DNA of 64,000 nt from the human T2T-CHM13v2.0 reference genome, Homo sapiens (GCF_009914755.1 NC_060934.1), one strand, 5' to 3'; numbered from the stretch's first letter, positions 14,703 to 28,737 are shown. Notes: a model not told the origin generated them from the letters alone. Program-made: numbers and translations.

Positions 14703-17700
14703 GGGGAAAAGAAAAGCCTTATTTCTCCTTTGTCCTCATCTGTCCTCAATTTGCAAATGGGTAATTGTATCCCGTACCATGGAACACTACCCTTGGACAC
14801 ATCCCCCAAACTGAGAAAAGTTAATTTCCCCAAACCTTAAACTGCTTGGCTTAAAATTGAACTCGGGGGAAGGGAGCCCAGAAGCATGACATGCTGGCAA
14901 AAGAGTAAAAGTTCTTACCAGTCAGACATCTGGTCTCCCTCTCACTGAACACACCTGTTGAATGAATGATAAAATCACTGTTTATATCCTATGTAAAGTT
15001 TTGATTAATGGGAAAAATTTCTGAGGCTAGTCTTCAGCTGTAGCCAATCTGGTGCACATTGTGTGTCTTTCTGTATGGTTATGTCATGAAGAGGGGTACT
15101 TAAGATAGAATGGGGGCCTAGGACCCCATAAGCCCACTGTTCAAGCCAGCCTGCCAAACTGGTCATTAAAAAACTTTGCTGCAGGTCTCCATCTTGTTTT
15201 ATGTCCTTGGAAGCTTGATCCTCTAATCACATGGCAGCACTTTCTTTTGATATCCACTTTTTTTACAATGTTGGCCCAGGTTCAATCCTGGCTTAGGGAA
15301 TGACTGCTTTCTGGTTAATACCTGTGTGACCTTTGCCATTTGCTGATTCCCTTCCTCTCCGTGAACAACTTCTAGCTTCCTTTTTAAAAATATTCCTTCT
15401 TCTGAGCTACCTTTACAAATCTAGATTTTGTAAAAACTGCTTATCACCTTTTTGAAAATATCTTCTACACTCATGGTTAACTCATAACCTTAGTCGAGGC
15501 TTGTTGGTTTCACCTGTGACATTACTTTTGGTAAAGTTCAAAAGCTGGAAACATTGGCCAGTTGACATAACTAAAGTCAGGTAACAAGGAGTTTAAAGGG
15601 ATTTTCTTAAAAAGCAATCAGCTTAATTAAAGTGAATATCCAAGCTATAGGTATATTTAAAAGGCCTTTATGTTTTTCTCTTCCTGGATCTTGTTTTTGT
15701 GGAAAAGATTTTTTTCTCTGTCTACTGAATTGCCTTTCTCCATTTTGTCTTGCCACTCTTAATGCATGCATGAGAGGCCCTAAGATAACTTCTGATGGAC
15801 TGGGAGACTCCTGGAGAAAAACAAAGAAGGTGCACAAAACCAATTTTGGGGAAAACAAAAACTTCTCTTTGCCTCATGGAACCCCAGGAATTAAAAGCAG
15901 ATAGATCTCTCTCAAAATCTGTTTTTGTCTTCCAGCTATATCTGCTTATTAGGCTCTATTAAACCACATGCTTTCCTAGCCCTGTTTCTTGGAGGGCTTC
16001 ACCCTGCAGCCAATAATTCAATTAGGAGATTGACAGATGAAAAATCTTACAACTATTGGATCTTCTTCTGTCTTTCTGTGTATTTATACGTGTGGTGTGT
16101 GTGATGTTTATAAAGAAGAGCTCTAATTAATTGGTCTAGAGAAAAATAAGTATTTAGATCAAATATTTTTGAAGGAAAAATAAAAGCTATAACACCTTTT
16201 AGTTCATGTGACTTTAATGTTTGAGAAATACAAACATTTTTAAAGATAATTGGTAAAATACAGATGTCTTCAAAATGTAAATATGTGTTCTAAATTAGGG
16301 GTGGTCAAATACTCGGTTTGCGAAATGTTTTAAGGATACAGACTGCTTCTTTGGCTTTTGAGAACTGTTCAACTTGCCTGATTTACAATTTGATAAGGCC
16401 TGGGGACATACGGAATTAACTACATTCTTAAATATGCTGGAAAGAGACAGACTTCATTTGTGCCTAGTACATAATTAAAATAACTTAGCAGGTTTTACAC
16501 TAAAGTTAAAAATTGCTAAGAGTTCCCATTATAACATGTAATTGAGACTGCTGAAAATAAATTTACATGCAAAGCGTGTAAGAAAAGTAAAATGTGTTTG
16601 TAGTGAAAGATTATAAGAAGGCATGGGAATGTAAATTTTTGCCTAGTTTAGAGGGTTAAAGGATTGTTTTGAATTAGATAAGATAAAGCTGAAACTTGAA
16701 ATAAATTATGGAAGGTTTGTAAAAATTAGTCTTACAAAATAAATTGTATGTGTGAACATATTGACTAACTTCAAAAATGCATTATATGGTTTTGCCATAA
16801 ATTGAACATCAGAATAAAAGCACAACAAGGTTGTATTAGGGTACTGATCTACTCTTTAACAAACATTTTTAAAGGGTTATACAAAGTTTATGAGAATCTC
16901 ACCTCATGGACAAACTGGTTAAGATTGGGTAGAATTATCTATAAAGTTTCGTTTTAAAAAATTGGGTTGACATTAGTAGTAGACTAATGAAAGGGTGATA
17001 TTTGGCTTTCTCCCCATTGATTTTCATGTAATAATAAAGGATAAGGAAAGATTTTGGTTTGCCTTGCAAATATACTACCAAAAAAAAAAAGAAGAAAACA
17101 AGAGATAGACTAGTTGGAAAACTAAGTCCTCCCTCTTAATGAGTAAAGGTTTTTGCCTTGTTTAAACATGTTTGAGTCATTATTTTGGCTAAAATAAATA
17201 ACTTATAGTAATCTGGAATTCTAGTTCATAATATCAAGTGATTTGAACCTCTAACATATTTAATGGGCTTCCAAAAATCAAACTTCAGCTTCAAAAATTG
17301 TCTTTCCTGACCCCTGAGTTTTGGATGATGCAGAGGGCCCCTGGAGCATCTAAGAGTGAGGTAACCAGAATTATTTCACATGTTTAGTCATGTGGGATTG
17401 CCAAAATAACAATAATATTTGACCTTCTTCAGGTTACATTTTAGTGAGTAATGTTAATATATGTTCCAAAATTATATAGGAGTTCTAAAATTCTAATGTT
17501 CGAGTATATGCTATCAATCATAATTAAGGTTACTAGGTTCAGTTAATGTAAACCACGGAAATAACCAAATTTCTTTGTCAATCATGTTTTCTATTGTAAC
17601 TACCCTGGACCTTTTGTCATTCACAGACAATTATTGTCTTGTTTGATCCTTTTCAAAATGTGGTTTATAAACAGGTATAGGACTTTTACAGGTGTTCTCA

Positions 17701-18719
17701 AATGCAGGTTTCTGATAACCTTGGAGATTGTGACATTGGAAAAACCTACCAGACTCATGAAGAGTTGATATATTCATGAATATCAAGCAGAACAAGAGTT
17801 AACAGAATGGACTGAACTAACGGAAAACTGAAGTAATCTTTTTAACCTTTTTGTTTAAAACGTTGCTAATCCTTGTTTTGTTTATCAGTGTCAAGGAAAC
17901 TTATTTTGAGTTTTTTACAGTCTTTAATAATTGAGTAAGGTATATTACTGTGAATAAAATTTGGAGCATATTTGTTTCTTTCTGTCTGGCTTCTCCAGAA
18001 TTTGGAAACTATCTATGAGTATTCCTAACTTACAGAAATATAGTTTTTTGCATCAGTGCAGTAAGAATCCATTTTCTTTTGCAACAGGAGACAATTGGAA
18101 AAACTGATTGTTTTATCAAGGCTTTGACTAAAATTATATGTTTCCCTTTAAGTAATCAAGCTTGACTTGCAGAGCTAATTAAACCCCCTTAGGAAAACTG
18201 GCCTCATACTTTGTCTACACAGTCCCTGTACAGGGTTCCTAACCTGTGATGAGTACAGAATGTCACTTTCTGACAAGACCAGGAGCCCCATGTTCTTGGG
18301 ACCTCAAGAAGAGAGAGATTTACCCAACTCATAGTTATTTGAGGGTACAAACTCATGGCTGGGCTAAGCTTTAAAAGGTCTCTCTGAGATTCCTTGTGTT
18401 ACAGAGTTCCATCAAAGCCAATTTAAAAGCCTATATGAAAAATAATTATTCTTGCTGCACTTTATGCAAATAATCAGGCCAATTGTAAGACTAAGGTTTA
18501 TTTTGCAGAAAACTTAGTCCTATCATTATTTGTTTTTGAGAAATAAAATGAGGACTGGAGAAAGAAAGATTATGTTTCAAAACTTATCATACACTTGTCA
18601 TTAAATTCTAATCTTATCAGTTGTTTTTAAATTTTTACCTACATTTTAGGCTAACCCTGCTTATTCCTGTGAACCAACGGTGATCTCCAGCTGTAGCTCT
18701 GAAGAAACAAAAGGGATGG

Positions 18720-18880
18720 GCCATCAAACTCCAAATGGTCATGCAACTGGAACATTGGACGATGGCTACCTTTTACTGGGGACCCTGAGATAGGCCTGCC
18801 TATCTGACTGCTGTTTTTGCAAAACAGCGCCCCCTGTCAGCAGGGGGCAGTTAAGATCAGTCTTCATCCCTATGCTAACA
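18720..18880 (+). pseudogene. ERV1 env cytoplasmic-tail remnant
   Basis: Reads AIKLQMVMQLEHWTMATFYWGP*DRP, the conserved class I env C-terminal motif (KLQM...GPLDRP), just upstream of the PPT agagaggaaaa (18901-18911). Confidence 0.75.
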
Positions 18881-18911
18881 GCACTTAGATGTACCTCTTC
18901 AGAGAGGAAAA

Positions 18912-19416
18912 TGATAGAGACAGGAGGCAGACAAATGCCTAGGCAGATAGGGGCAGGTCCCCAGTGAAACCCAACCTTTAAGCTGAAAACAGTCCAGGGT
19001 AAATCATCAGACCAGATTGAGAACCCACCTTCCTGTTTGGCATGCTGTCCTCTGATTGATCCCCATACTTTGCCTATTTTACATATACCTACCCTTTCCT
19101 AATTGGTTTTCTACACTGTCATGCCAACCTTTGAATGGTGTCTTTGCTTTGACCATTTTTTGCATACTCACAAACCAATCACCACACACTCCCTATTCTG
19201 AACCCATAAAAAGTCCCATGCTCAGCCATATTGGGGAACTTTCCTGTCTTCAGGCAGAAGAACAGCCCCCTTGCATTCCCTCTGTTTGCTGAGAGCTTTC
19301 CTTTCACTTAGTAAATTCTACTCCATTCACTCTTTGATGTCTGCATGCCTAATTCTTCCTGGTCATGACACAAGAACCCAGACCTAGCTGAGCTAAGGAG
19401 CAAAAATCCTGCATCA
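18912..19416 (+). mobile_element. 3' LTR (MER66-like)
   Basis: Direct repeat of the 5' LTR, preceded by a polypurine tract. Confidence 0.9.
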
Positions 19417-20479
19417 CTAGTATCTGATACACTCCTCAAGGAAGCTGAAAAATAATTTATTTAAATAACTTTCCAAATGGAAGTCATCAGGAGCATCCAG
19501 GAGAACTCTGCCTATGGTATTCCTCAGAAGGTTCTCTACCATGGCTTAGATGGCATTGAGGGCCTTGGAACCTTCATAAAAGCCTTATCCCAGGTTGCTT
19601 GGCTAAATGACACTTCAGTTAACCTGCTGCTTCCCCTCAGAACTGTCAGAGATTTTTTCAAACAAAGACCCAAAAGGAGGTAAGTAGACTTCCCCTCCTT
19701 TTTAATGCACAATGATACACATTAATTTTATCAGAAAATGGGAGAATGTGGGTTTTGGCAGTGAGCCACAGGCCTTGTGGGCTGCAGAGTTTCCCCTTTG
19801 CGGAGGTTTTACAGAGTCTGTTTTCTTAGTTTGTTGTACTTACAATGTCAGTGTCCAGCTGCTCTGACTAATTGAGGCATCCGGCTTCAGATGGCCCAGG
19901 ATCATTTGTGCTTAGGTGTACATCTTATTTTGTCAGCGTGATTCACTTCCACTCCCAGACCTGGCCATAGGAAATTAGCTTGCTCCCAAATGAAGATGAA
20001 ATCAATAGCTATTTCAGGTCCCAGGGTTTTAGTTAACAAGATATTTTATTAAATTACGGTGGTATATGATGGAGATGTTCTCAGTTCTTATCAATTATGA
20101 ATGACCTCCTTTTTGAGAAAACAAGATGTGTCTTCTGGAGCCAGAGATCAGCCAGCCACATTGCTGTGTCTGCAGCTACTGGCATCCTGAGTTAGCAGAC
20201 AAGCAGACTTGGCTTTCATGATCCATGCTCTAATCTAATTCAATTAACAATCCACTGCTCTCATTCTGAATAACTGAGGAAGGTAGATCTCTGCAGAGTA
20301 GATCTTGGCCTTCACAAAGGCCTACAGAAATTTCCACTTAATCCCAGCATCCTGGGAGAAAGCAGGGCATGAATTCTACAGGGCTAGCTAAAGCATGGGG
20401 ACTAACTGGGTATTCTGGATGAACAAAGATTTAAACCATGTTAGATCAACATTATTATTCCTAATAATGGCAGTGATGG

Positions 20480-20740
20480 TATGCTAATAGCTGAAATTCT
20501 GGAGGTCTTTCTGCCCAAGGCCCTGGGATAAGTGTATGTCTCACTTAGTCTTCATTATGACCTATGAATTGGAAAGTATCACCGTCTCTATGATTTTTGG
20601 ACTTAGGGTTGAAGATACTGAGTCTCAGAATGGAAAAGTGATTTCCCAAAGGCCAAATGGCTATTTATTGTCAGTGCTAGAATTTAAGGCCAGATCTGTC
20701 CAATTCAGAAGCTCATAGTCTCACCCATTGTGATCTAGTC
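20480..20740 (-). mobile_element. MIR SINE
   Basis: gaagatactgagtctcagaatggaaaagtgatttcccaaaggcca ... gctagaatttaaggccagatctgtc. Confidence 0.65.
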
Positions 20741-21209
20741 CTCTAACACTTCTTCTAACACCCCAGGTTAATGGGGTTCTGAGGAACCTGTGCTGGAGGA
20801 CCTGAGTTCCAACAGCTATTTTTTTGATATTTGGTGTCTATGATCTCATTGAAAGCCTCTGTTTGATTTCAGATTGTTACGTGTAAAGGGGGAGATGGAG
20901 CAGGGTGAGAAATGTCTGACTGGACCACCAACAGATAAAAGCACACATATGGGAAGAGGAAGTCCAGATTTCATGGCATGTCATAAGGTACTAGAGCAAA
21001 GCAGTAGGTTTCATTTGTTATTTTGTTTTGTAGATTTTTTTTTAAAAAGATCCTCTAGAAAATTCAAGATTTATCATAGTGGACTAAGGGAGAATATTTT
21101 GTTTGTTTGTTTATTTGTTTTCAGTATCAGCCACTCTCAGTGATCAGATATAGTATTAAACAACAATTATAAAAGAATAAGATCTGTTCAGTCCTCTGTG
21201 GGATAGTAT

Positions 21210-21350
21210 AGAGCAAGCCTTAACAATCCCATTTGCAACTGAAGAAATTGAGGCTAGAATGCTAAGCAAACTGCCTAAGGTCAAGCAACTGTTTTTAATC
21301 AGCAGAGCTACCCATGGTTCTTGTGTCTGCAGTTCCAGATGCTTCTTTCT
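21210..21350 (-). mobile_element. MIR SINE fragment
   Basis: atcccatttgcaactgaagaaattgaggctagaatgctaagcaaactgcctaaggtca. Confidence 0.6.
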
Positions 21351-22189
21351 TGTAGCTCAGCAGCAAAGAAAGAGACCCCAAGGATAAGGTGCTGGGGAAA
21401 GGCCTTTTCCTACATGCAGAGTATATGGGACAGACCAGAGTTGAACATTCAAGCTGTGGCCCTAAATCATTCTTATTTGCTCTATTTTGTATATGGAACA
21501 GTTTGAACTGTGTATTGTTCAGCTCACTTTCCTGGGAAGGAGCATGGAGTAATCAGACAGAATAAAGGGTACTCCATTGTTTTGCTGGCCAGTAATGATA
21601 GAGAGCTCTGGTAGAGTCTGCTTTTAATAGAGGCAATGTAATAGGCAAGGCTTTTTGTATTGGTAAATGTCAGATGCCAGGCTTTCTCTAGGGGTGAAGC
21701 AGGGTGGGGTAAGTGGAATGTTGAGATGTCAGTGCACAGGGATCTTTTTTGCTTATGAGGTCACCATAAGTGATGCAAATTACCAGAAAATCCAGTGGCT
21801 GTATGATCACATATTCTGCTTCTAACAGTGGCAGTTGTTTCATAATAAACTCATTATAAAGACAACGGTTCCCATCATTGCCAGTTGATTAGAAAAACAA
21901 CTCTGATTATTTTTTGTTTCAAATTTTTGGGAGGTGAATCTTAAGCTAAGCAGAAGGAAACAATCTAGTATTTGAGAGCTGGACTCATGTTGCAACTAGT
22001 CTAGTGTTATGAAAAACTCATATATGTGGTTTCTGCATATAAGAAGCTTACAATCTAAAAGAGGAAAGGAGTCTTAGACCTTTGTAACAACTGGAGAAAC
22101 AGGGAGGTGGTTTGCTAGAAAATGCAATCAGAATTGGATGATAAAAACCTTCCTTTGTCACTAACAAGTATATTATGGTACATAAATAT

Positions 22190-22360
22190 ATAGGCTTCAC
22201 AGCCAGATTCAAGTGAGTTTGCATTCCATTTTGACCACTTTTTAGCTGTGCTCCCCTATGTGTATTTATTAATTCTGAAAATTAATTTTATTACCTGTAA
22301 AATAAAGATTATTAACTGACTCATAGGATTTTTGTGAGGAGAACATTAGACAATGCAGAT
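22190..22360 (+). mobile_element. MIR SINE fragment
   Basis: ggcttcacagccagattc ... ctgtaaaataaagattatt ... ctcataggatttttgtgagga. Confidence 0.55.
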
Positions 22361-24069
22361 AATTTTTAGGTTGGATGATTTATGTGCAAATTTAATTCTG
22401 TCAATATTGCAACTTAAATACACATATAATAAAGAGAAATTAATATATATTTTTCTTACTAAGTATTCTAAAACTCATAGTTTAGTCAGAATAAGAGGGG
22501 GAACTATGTTAAAGATATGTTAAAGAAAAAAATCAATTCAATTCAGAGTGTTGTTAATAGGACCAATTATATCTCAATGGGCATTATGAGAAATGATTTG
22601 CACTTACTCTTACAACTCATTTTTTAATGTGATGCCTGACAATATAACATCCTAACTACTGAATCGGAAGTAGATTGACATGGAAATATAATCCATCCTT
22701 GTCTTTCAAATGATCAGCTAACAAACAAACAACAGTTGATGGATCTGTATTGCAGAGTACATAATTCAAAATTGCATTTAAAAAGCCTTTCCTAATTTCA
22801 TGTACATAGCGAGTACAGTTTGCTATTAAATTTATGTGTTTCATCCTGTTAAATACTCCTCTGCTGAATTTTTCTCACTCATTTCTCTGAGAACACAGTT
22901 CATCTTCAGGCTTGTCAGGTGCTCTTTCCCCAGGTCCTGATGGACATTAAATCTGTCAGGGAGAGGCATATTAAATTTGACTACATGTTTAAACAGTGGC
23001 AGCCTGAAGCTCTTGAGTCACAGTGGCACTGAAGGTGACATATTATCCCTCATGTGCCATTTTATACTGGAAGCTCTCATAGCTGTTTGGTCCCCACCAT
23101 TCCAATTAGAAATGAGTGGGATGACATTTGCAGTTTCTGTTTCTCTTTAAGGGGTCCATCTTCTAAAGCAGAAAAGTGACATAAACCTCGGGGTACATTG
23201 CCAACTGTTCAGGCACACAGTGCTCCTTTTCCACCTTACTTTTCCGTTGGGGTGGGAATAAAGGAACCCAGAATTATGTGATTGCACATCTCCAGGGCAA
23301 GGGGACACTCATTCTGACAGCTACAAAGCATGCCTTTAGAAATTACTAAGAGTTGGTTTAAAAACTGTCATCCAAGGAACAAGGCAGAGATGTTTGTTCC
23401 CAAAGTTGACAGCTTCTATCTGGTGATCCTGAAGAGTTCTAATGTGGTCGAATCCAGCACAGCTTTCCTCTAATACCCTCTGTTTTGCAATTAAAGTCAT
23501 GCAAACTCATTGAATGACAGTATTTTAGCAAACTGAACTGTATAAACAAGGGATTGTTTTCCATCCTTCTAGCAAACAGTATTGACACATCAACTCTGAT
23601 AAAAATAAAAGAGATTGTGGTTTTTGTGAAATATACTTGACTGAAAGTTCCTAGCACAGTACTTGGTACTAAATAGGTGTTCTGTAAAAGGATCCCCCTC
23701 TGTCTTCATATAGGGCACTCTGCGTCCTTCCTTTCTGAGATTCTGAAGACCCTTTTAGTGACTGACAGAGACTTCCTTCCTCAGCAGAAGTTAAGGTTCA
23801 GGAAATACCTTTCTACTTAATAGTCAGGCAAATGACCACCTTAAATAGGAAGGAAACATTATTGCTTTGTTAATGCTGAGGGAATCCCGGTTAACTTTCT
23901 ATCAAACTTATGTGGACTTCTAGCTTAGTATCACCCAATTGTCCCCTATAACAAGATATTCTATCTTAGAGTAGGATGGTTAGGCTGAGATGGTCATTTT
24001 GCTCTCTTTACCAGCTCTATCATGTAGGACAAGCTAACTAGCCTCTGAGCTGCAGTGTTTTTGTGTTTT

Positions 24070-24218
24070 TTAAATTTTTAATTAAAAAATGTTTTTTGTT
24101 GAGATGAGGTTTCCCTGTGTATCTCAGGTTGGTCTCAAACTCCTAGGCTCAAGCAAGCCTCTCCTTCTCCAGCCTTCCAAAGTGCTGGGATTTCAGGTGT
24201 GAGCCACCATCCCTGGCT
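24070..24218 (-). mobile_element. Free left Alu monomer (FLAM_C-like) inserted in a MIR
   Basis: Single arm gagatgaggtttccc ... ctcctaggctcaagc ... gagccaccatccctggct; 15-bp TSD GTGTTTTTGTGTTTT at 24055-24069 and 24219-24233. Confidence 0.9.
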
Positions 24219-24344
24219 GTGTTTTTGTGTTTTATTGTTATATTTTTCATGTGAAATAGGGATCAACATCCTTGGTAAGGTAAGGTGAGGATTAAGTGCT
24301 GGCATAAGTAAAGGCACAATAAATGATAATTTGACTTAAAATAT

Positions 24345-24790
24345 TGTAATAGTTAATTTTATGTGTCAACTGGACTGGGCTATGGGATGGCCAGGTATGT
24401 GATTAAACATTTCTAGTGTGTCTGTGAGGGTATTGCTGGAAGAGATTAACATTTAAACCTGTAGACGACATAAAGCAGATCACCCTCCCTCATGTGGGAA
24501 GGCTTCATTCAATCCTGTGAAGAGGTAAATAGAATAAGAGCCTGAGTAAGGAAGAATTCTCCCTCTGCCTGACTCTCTTCAAGTGGGAATATTGGTTTTC
24601 TCCTGATTTCAGACAGACTCAGACTGCAATTTACATCATCAGCTCTCCTGCTTCTCAGGCCTTTGGACTAGTCTTAGAACTATACCACTGACTCTCCTGC
24701 ATCTATACTTCTCAGCCTCCAAAATCGCCTGAGCCAATTTAAATTTATCTTCTACTGATTTCTTGTCTTTGGCGAACTCTGCCTAACACA
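24345..24790 (+). mobile_element. MLT2 (ERVL) solo LTR, MLT2D-like
   Basis: tgtaatagttaattttatgtgtcaactggactgggc ... aactctgcctaacaca; 5-bp TSD AATAT at 24340-24344 and 24791-24795. Confidence 0.9.
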
Positions 24791-25479
24791 AATATTATGA
24801 CTTAAAATACATTTATTTAAGGTAAACATTTTACTTTCTCCACACAGCCTTACTATTAAGTCAAAACACCACTAAAATATGCTATCATGAGTTATCAGTT
24901 GGTCATTATAAATATTATAATGGATTACTTTGCCAAATGAGAGGACCCCATGGTGGCCATCAATGAGGGGGTAGAGGAAGGAGTAACCCACAATATTTTG
25001 GAATGTCCTGTGACAAACTTTTGCTTGTGTAAAATGAAAAAAAAAATTGTGCCAAATTTTGCAGAATTTCCCAAGTCTCAAAATATCTCTATTCATTAAG
25101 GAGAAATCTATACAGTGACTGATACTTTATTACAAATTTGTATGAAAATAAAAAATATCTGAGCCTATCATATGCAAATAAGAAGAGAAAATCCAACATT
25201 ATTAGCTGAATAGCAAAAAGTCACAAAACTGGAGGCTCTAGTCATCATTATTGAAAGGAAAAAAAGATAAAGAAAAACAAAATAAAAAATTAGCCAGTTC
25301 TCTGTCTTTGAGTTTCTCTAACTAAGAATATTTGAGTTTGAAGAGGTTTCTCAATAAGTCCATTAAATATAAAAATCCCACTAATTATATTATTTCCCCA
25401 GATTTGAGTTTCAAGAGATTTTAGTCGAATAGGAATGGGCATAGTAGCTGGAAGTAAGGCTTAGAATCAATTTCTGGTT

Positions 25480-25690
25480 TCAAGTAGCAAATTTAGGACT
25501 GCCTAAGTCTGTGATTCTAGCCAAAGCTTTTTCGTCCTTGAAGCTTCAGTTTTCTCATCTGTGAAATGTGAAAAATAATAGCCCTAACCTTATAGGATTG
25601 TATAAGAAGTAAATGAGATAGTGCAAGTATATTTATGTAGCCAAATTTTGATGTATGGTAAGAACTGAAGAAATATTATCAATATTATTT
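25480..25690 (+). mobile_element. MIR SINE
   Basis: gcttcagttttctcatctgtgaaatgtgaaaataatagccctaaccttataggattg. Confidence 0.75.
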
Positions 25691-26487
25691 CTAATCAATC
25701 AAACAGGAAGTAGACATTACAGGCATGACCATACAGAAGATATTGCTCACAAAATCAGCATCGACATCAAGTAGATTCTATTATCATTATTCTAGATAAA
25801 TTAACCAGCAGTCAAGTATTGGGCAAAAGAGCTTGGATGCTTGATGAAGAAAGATTAAGTGTGCTCAGAAGCATTGAGAAGCTATGAAAATAAAACCGAA
25901 GAAAATATAGCCAGAAACAAAGGCCTTCCAGGGAAGAAGCTTCCTAAATAGAAGCCCTCTCAATGAGCCAAAGAATATCCAAGGGAAAATGACATTCTCT
26001 AGTAACAGAAGATACTAATTCTAGGGTTTCTGCACTAAACAGAATATCTAGGATTTTAGTACTTGTGTCCTCAGCAGGAAAGGCAAGTGCTTCATGGCTA
26101 AACACAGCCCTGGAACAGGAAACTGCATACTTTCATGAGCACTGATTTTGCTAATCCGATATAAGAAAATCATATACATGTGGCAAATAGGAGTATGCAC
26201 ACTGTCCCTTAAGATCCAAATAAGTGTTTGAAAAAACTCTTAGAACCTTCAAATTATGCAAAACACTGCAAAAATGCTAAATGCTTCTAACACTCACCAC
26301 TAATGATAATGCGATTTCTTGCTGAAGCTCTTCCTTAGGTATTTTATGTTCTCTATTGAGAAAATATCATTATTTTTACTTACAATGTTTATGGAGAAAT
26401 ACTGACCTAAATTAACACCAAAAGAAAATAATTATTAAAAGCAAGGACATCTTTCCCTCTATATTTTTAAAGTAGCTAGTCTCCCAA

Positions 26488-26960
26488 TGTGGACCTATTG
26501 AGGAACTATGTCTCCCAATACCAATGCACTGTGTAATTCTCTTTACCTGGAATTTGGCCAGGCTTATCACTTGCTTTTGACCAATAATATATTGCAGAAA
26601 AGGCATCTTGTGACTTCGAGCCTAAATCATAAGATATTTTTCAGCTGGTGTCTTGGTGTTTCAAAATGTTTATCTATATAGCTTATAGGTAGGAAGTACA
26701 AATACTCCGAAAATGCCATGCTCTGAGGAAGCTCAAGCTGGTCACATGGAGATGTTACGTGAAGAAAGAGAGATGGCCAACTAGTCAACAATTGTTCCAC
26801 CCCTTCCAAATGAGGTGCCAAACATGTGAGGGAAGAAGCTACCTTTGTTTTTCATACCATCAGTGTCTTTAGCTAACTCCAACTTCAACATGTGACACCC
26901 TGCCTATGAACTGTCTTGCTGATCCCAGCCAACTCACAGTTGGTAAATTACATAACATCT
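26488..26960 (+). mobile_element. Old MLT1 (G/H-like) LTR
   Basis: cttgcttttgaccaataatatattgcagaaa ... gaggaagctcaagctggtcacatggaga ... gatcccagccaa. Confidence 0.6.
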
Positions 26961-28737
26961 TCTTGTCTTAGTTTTCTGTTCTCTAAAATGAAGATAATAG
27001 TAGTACTTACTCTTACGCTTAGTAGAATAATTTATTATTAAAAATAAATACTACCATTAAAAAGGAAATAAAGAAGAAATAGAGAAATAAAAGTGAAAAA
27101 AAGGATATAAAACTACCCTGAAATCACTACTTTTTTAGTACTAAGACAAGACATGTTGCAATGAATCCTTCTTGGAGTTAAGGAGTTTACTAAAGGAGTC
27201 TTTTCTTGTTTTCTGAACTTCATGGAAAATATCATTAGCAAGAAAACTGTAAATTTGAGAAAACCCAACAGCCTCCTTCTGGGAGCCAATGCCACAGAGA
27301 CCATTAGAGGAGTGACAAGCAATTTTTGTTAAGGTCTGTATGTGTGCATGTGCATATGCTTGTGTATCTCTGTGTGTATGCATGCGTATGTTCAAAGAAA
27401 ATGAGTTTTTCCAGAGATAGACATAAAGGGATTCCAGAGCTCATCCTCTCCAGCAAATAGAATCTACAGCAGAATGCTTTGGTATGTGTTAGGGAATTAA
27501 AGGCATAATTATGGAGGGGAGCTGTAGGAAAAAGTGTGGTTACAGCGAAATAGAATAATAAAGGTTAAATGATTATCATTAGTCAGTGTCACTGCACATT
27601 TCCTTAGATCTATAAGGAGAAACAGTTCCGCCCCAGCCTCTGTCTACTGTTATCAATTCTCACTGGCCTTAGACAATTAGTTTTAAGGGTAGCACCTCTC
27701 ATTATTTGGGGTCTAGAGAAAAACATAATGAAATGACCACACTTTTTCATCAAGTCAGTGCTTCTCATAAACTTAAAACAATCAACATGTTTTGTCTTAT
27801 CATAGTGGGAGAACACAGCAGTCACATGCTGCAGAATATATAAGGTAGTTGTAAATTTTGTTAGGTATATCAGGATACTGCCAAAAGTAAAACAGGATAC
27901 TATTACAAATTTCTTTATAACCTGCTCCAAAAACTTGGACTGTTCCCTGCAAGCAGGATGGATGGATCCCTTAAGGATAAGACGACCAGCTGAAGCAGGG
28001 AGTTAACATGGTTAGAGCTGCTCCTCACGGGAATCTATAACACAAAGAAGCAAGTATGTCTTTTCCATTGGTTAAACATCTTCTTGTGTAATATAATAAA
28101 GAGAATATAAGTAAAATCAATATATATTAACACCAAGAAGCAGGAATATCTGGCAAAAATCTTCAAGCAATTTCTCTATACAGAAAAGTTTTAAATTCCC
28201 ATGATAAAGGAAACTAAAGTGCAGCAAAATGTTATTTCACCACAAGAGAAGAGTTACAATTTCTAAACTGTCTAGGGCCCCACAGTACGGCAACTCCTAG
28301 TCTGATATGACTCCAGTCTACTATCAGAATGACTTGGGTGGAAGAAGAGGTAGAACTTCAGCCACAACAGAATAGGTAGCTTCAGTTGTTACCTGAAGAA
28401 ACCTTGAAGAAAACTTCTTCTGTCCCCTGATATCTCCCTTATTATCTTACTGTGGGGTCTGCATTTTCTGCCTTCAGTTGCTGATTTGAGGAATGGGCCC
28501 TATTAAAATTCAATAGTGTTGCTTGGAAAGGTTGATGTTTTGTGTTTTGGAATAAGTACTTGGAAAGGAGTCAAGAAACTGAGTCCTAGCACCAGGCTTG
28601 TCAGGACAATCTAAGTATCACTGAACATTTTTGAGCCTCAGTGCTCTGTCCTTTTTAAAAGTTTGGTATAAAGATAAATGAGAGAAAATATTAGAAGAAA
28701 ACATACAACAGAACCCCCAAATTTTTAAAATAGTAAA

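Noticed and set aside
20285-20305. Near-palindrome AGATCTCTGCAGAGTAGATCT
   Set aside because: Short and imperfect; no recognisable element or motif.
27113-27930. ORFs of 69-106 aa in unique sequence
   Set aside because: No recognisable domains and no convincing paired splice sites; lengths are within chance range.
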